Shown piece by piece: positions 26,017 through 26,472 of a DNA stretch of 26,472 nucleotides; position 1 is the stretch's first letter; each line of letters starts with the position of its first letter. The translations under genes were made by a program, and so were the position numbers. The DNA lies in the IMG/VR virus record IMGVR_UViG_2630968705_000016; one strand, written 5' to 3'. The notes below the pieces were generated by a model, which was not told the DNA's origin, made no database searches, and was given only the letters and a program-made list of their open reading frames with translations. The DNA comes from a virus (Duplodnaviria; Heunggongvirae; Uroviricota; Caudoviricetes).

Positions 26017-26472
26017 ATGGCAGTTACAACCCTTAACAGCGTAGCGGATTACCTGCTTTGCTTTGCTCAAGAGCATGGGGATGTTATGACGCCGCTGAAA
26101 CTGCAAAAAATGGTGTTCTATGCTGATGCTTGGTTCATGGCGCTGAATGATGGCGAAGAACTGGTTGCTGACAAGTTTGAAGCATGGGTACATGGCCCTG
26201 TAGCCAGAGATTTGTATACCAGATTTGCAGATTACAAATGGCGCTCAATAGACGAAGAGATTGCCTGCCCTGAGTTACCTGCGAATGTGTCAAAGCATCT
26301 AAAGGAAATCTATGAGGTATTTGGCGGTTATACAGCTTATGAGCTGGAGCAGATGACGCACCAAGAAAAGCCGTGGCTGGAGGCCCGTGAAGGGGTTCCA
26401 TCAGATGCGCCGTGCAAGAATGTTATTGATAAAAGTGTAACGGCTGAGTTTTATCGTTCGATGGCTTCCTAA
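26017..26472 (+). CDS. Panacea/DUF4065-domain protein (SocA-like phage-associated antitoxin family), 151 aa
   Basis: AGGAGA RBS 8 nt upstream of ATG at 26017; LKLQKMVFYADAWFMALNDGEELVADKFEAWVHGPV resembles the DUF4065 core. The longer track ORF from 25786 has an implausible N-terminal extension. Confidence 0.7.
   Translation: MAVTTLNSVADYLLCFAQEHGDVMTPLKLQKMVFYADAWFMALNDGEELVADKFEAWVHGPVARDLYTRFADYKWRSIDEEIACPELPANVSKHLKEIYEVFGGYTAYELEQMTHQEKPWLEAREGVPSDAPCKNVIDKSVTAEFYRSMAS

Overview
Enterobacterial (E. coli-like) mosaic of mobile-element ends and a prophage-like integrative island. Family assignments are from reading motifs in the supplied translations, not from any search. Left part (1-7300): a complete Pin-type DNA invertase (1-555); a strongly AT-rich two-gene operon (821-3105) that I consider the best candidate for an undescribed defence system, pairing a DGQHR/DUF262-like protein with a protein carrying a C-terminal HEPN-like Rx4H motif; a dead IS3-family (IS150-like) insertion sequence (3866-5298); a 28-nt ssrA 3'-end fragment (5439-5466, minus); an orphan AT-rich 379-aa gene (5768-6907, minus); and a partial tRNA-Thr(CGU) 3' segment (7302-7347). 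Right part (7513-26472): a P4-type tyrosine integrase, AlpA, a KilAC-type antirepressor, a run of small overlapping genes, and a primase-helicase (13831-16590) followed by an iteron cluster. Beyond that lies a cassette resembling podovirus internal-virion/ejection proteins, including a 908-aa protein with an N-terminal lytic transglycosylase domain, then a lipoprotein, a second iteron cluster that is an inverted copy of the first (about 8.1 kb away), a PerC-family activator and a Panacea/DUF4065 antitoxin-like gene at the window edge. No rRNA, intact tRNA or CRISPR array is present.
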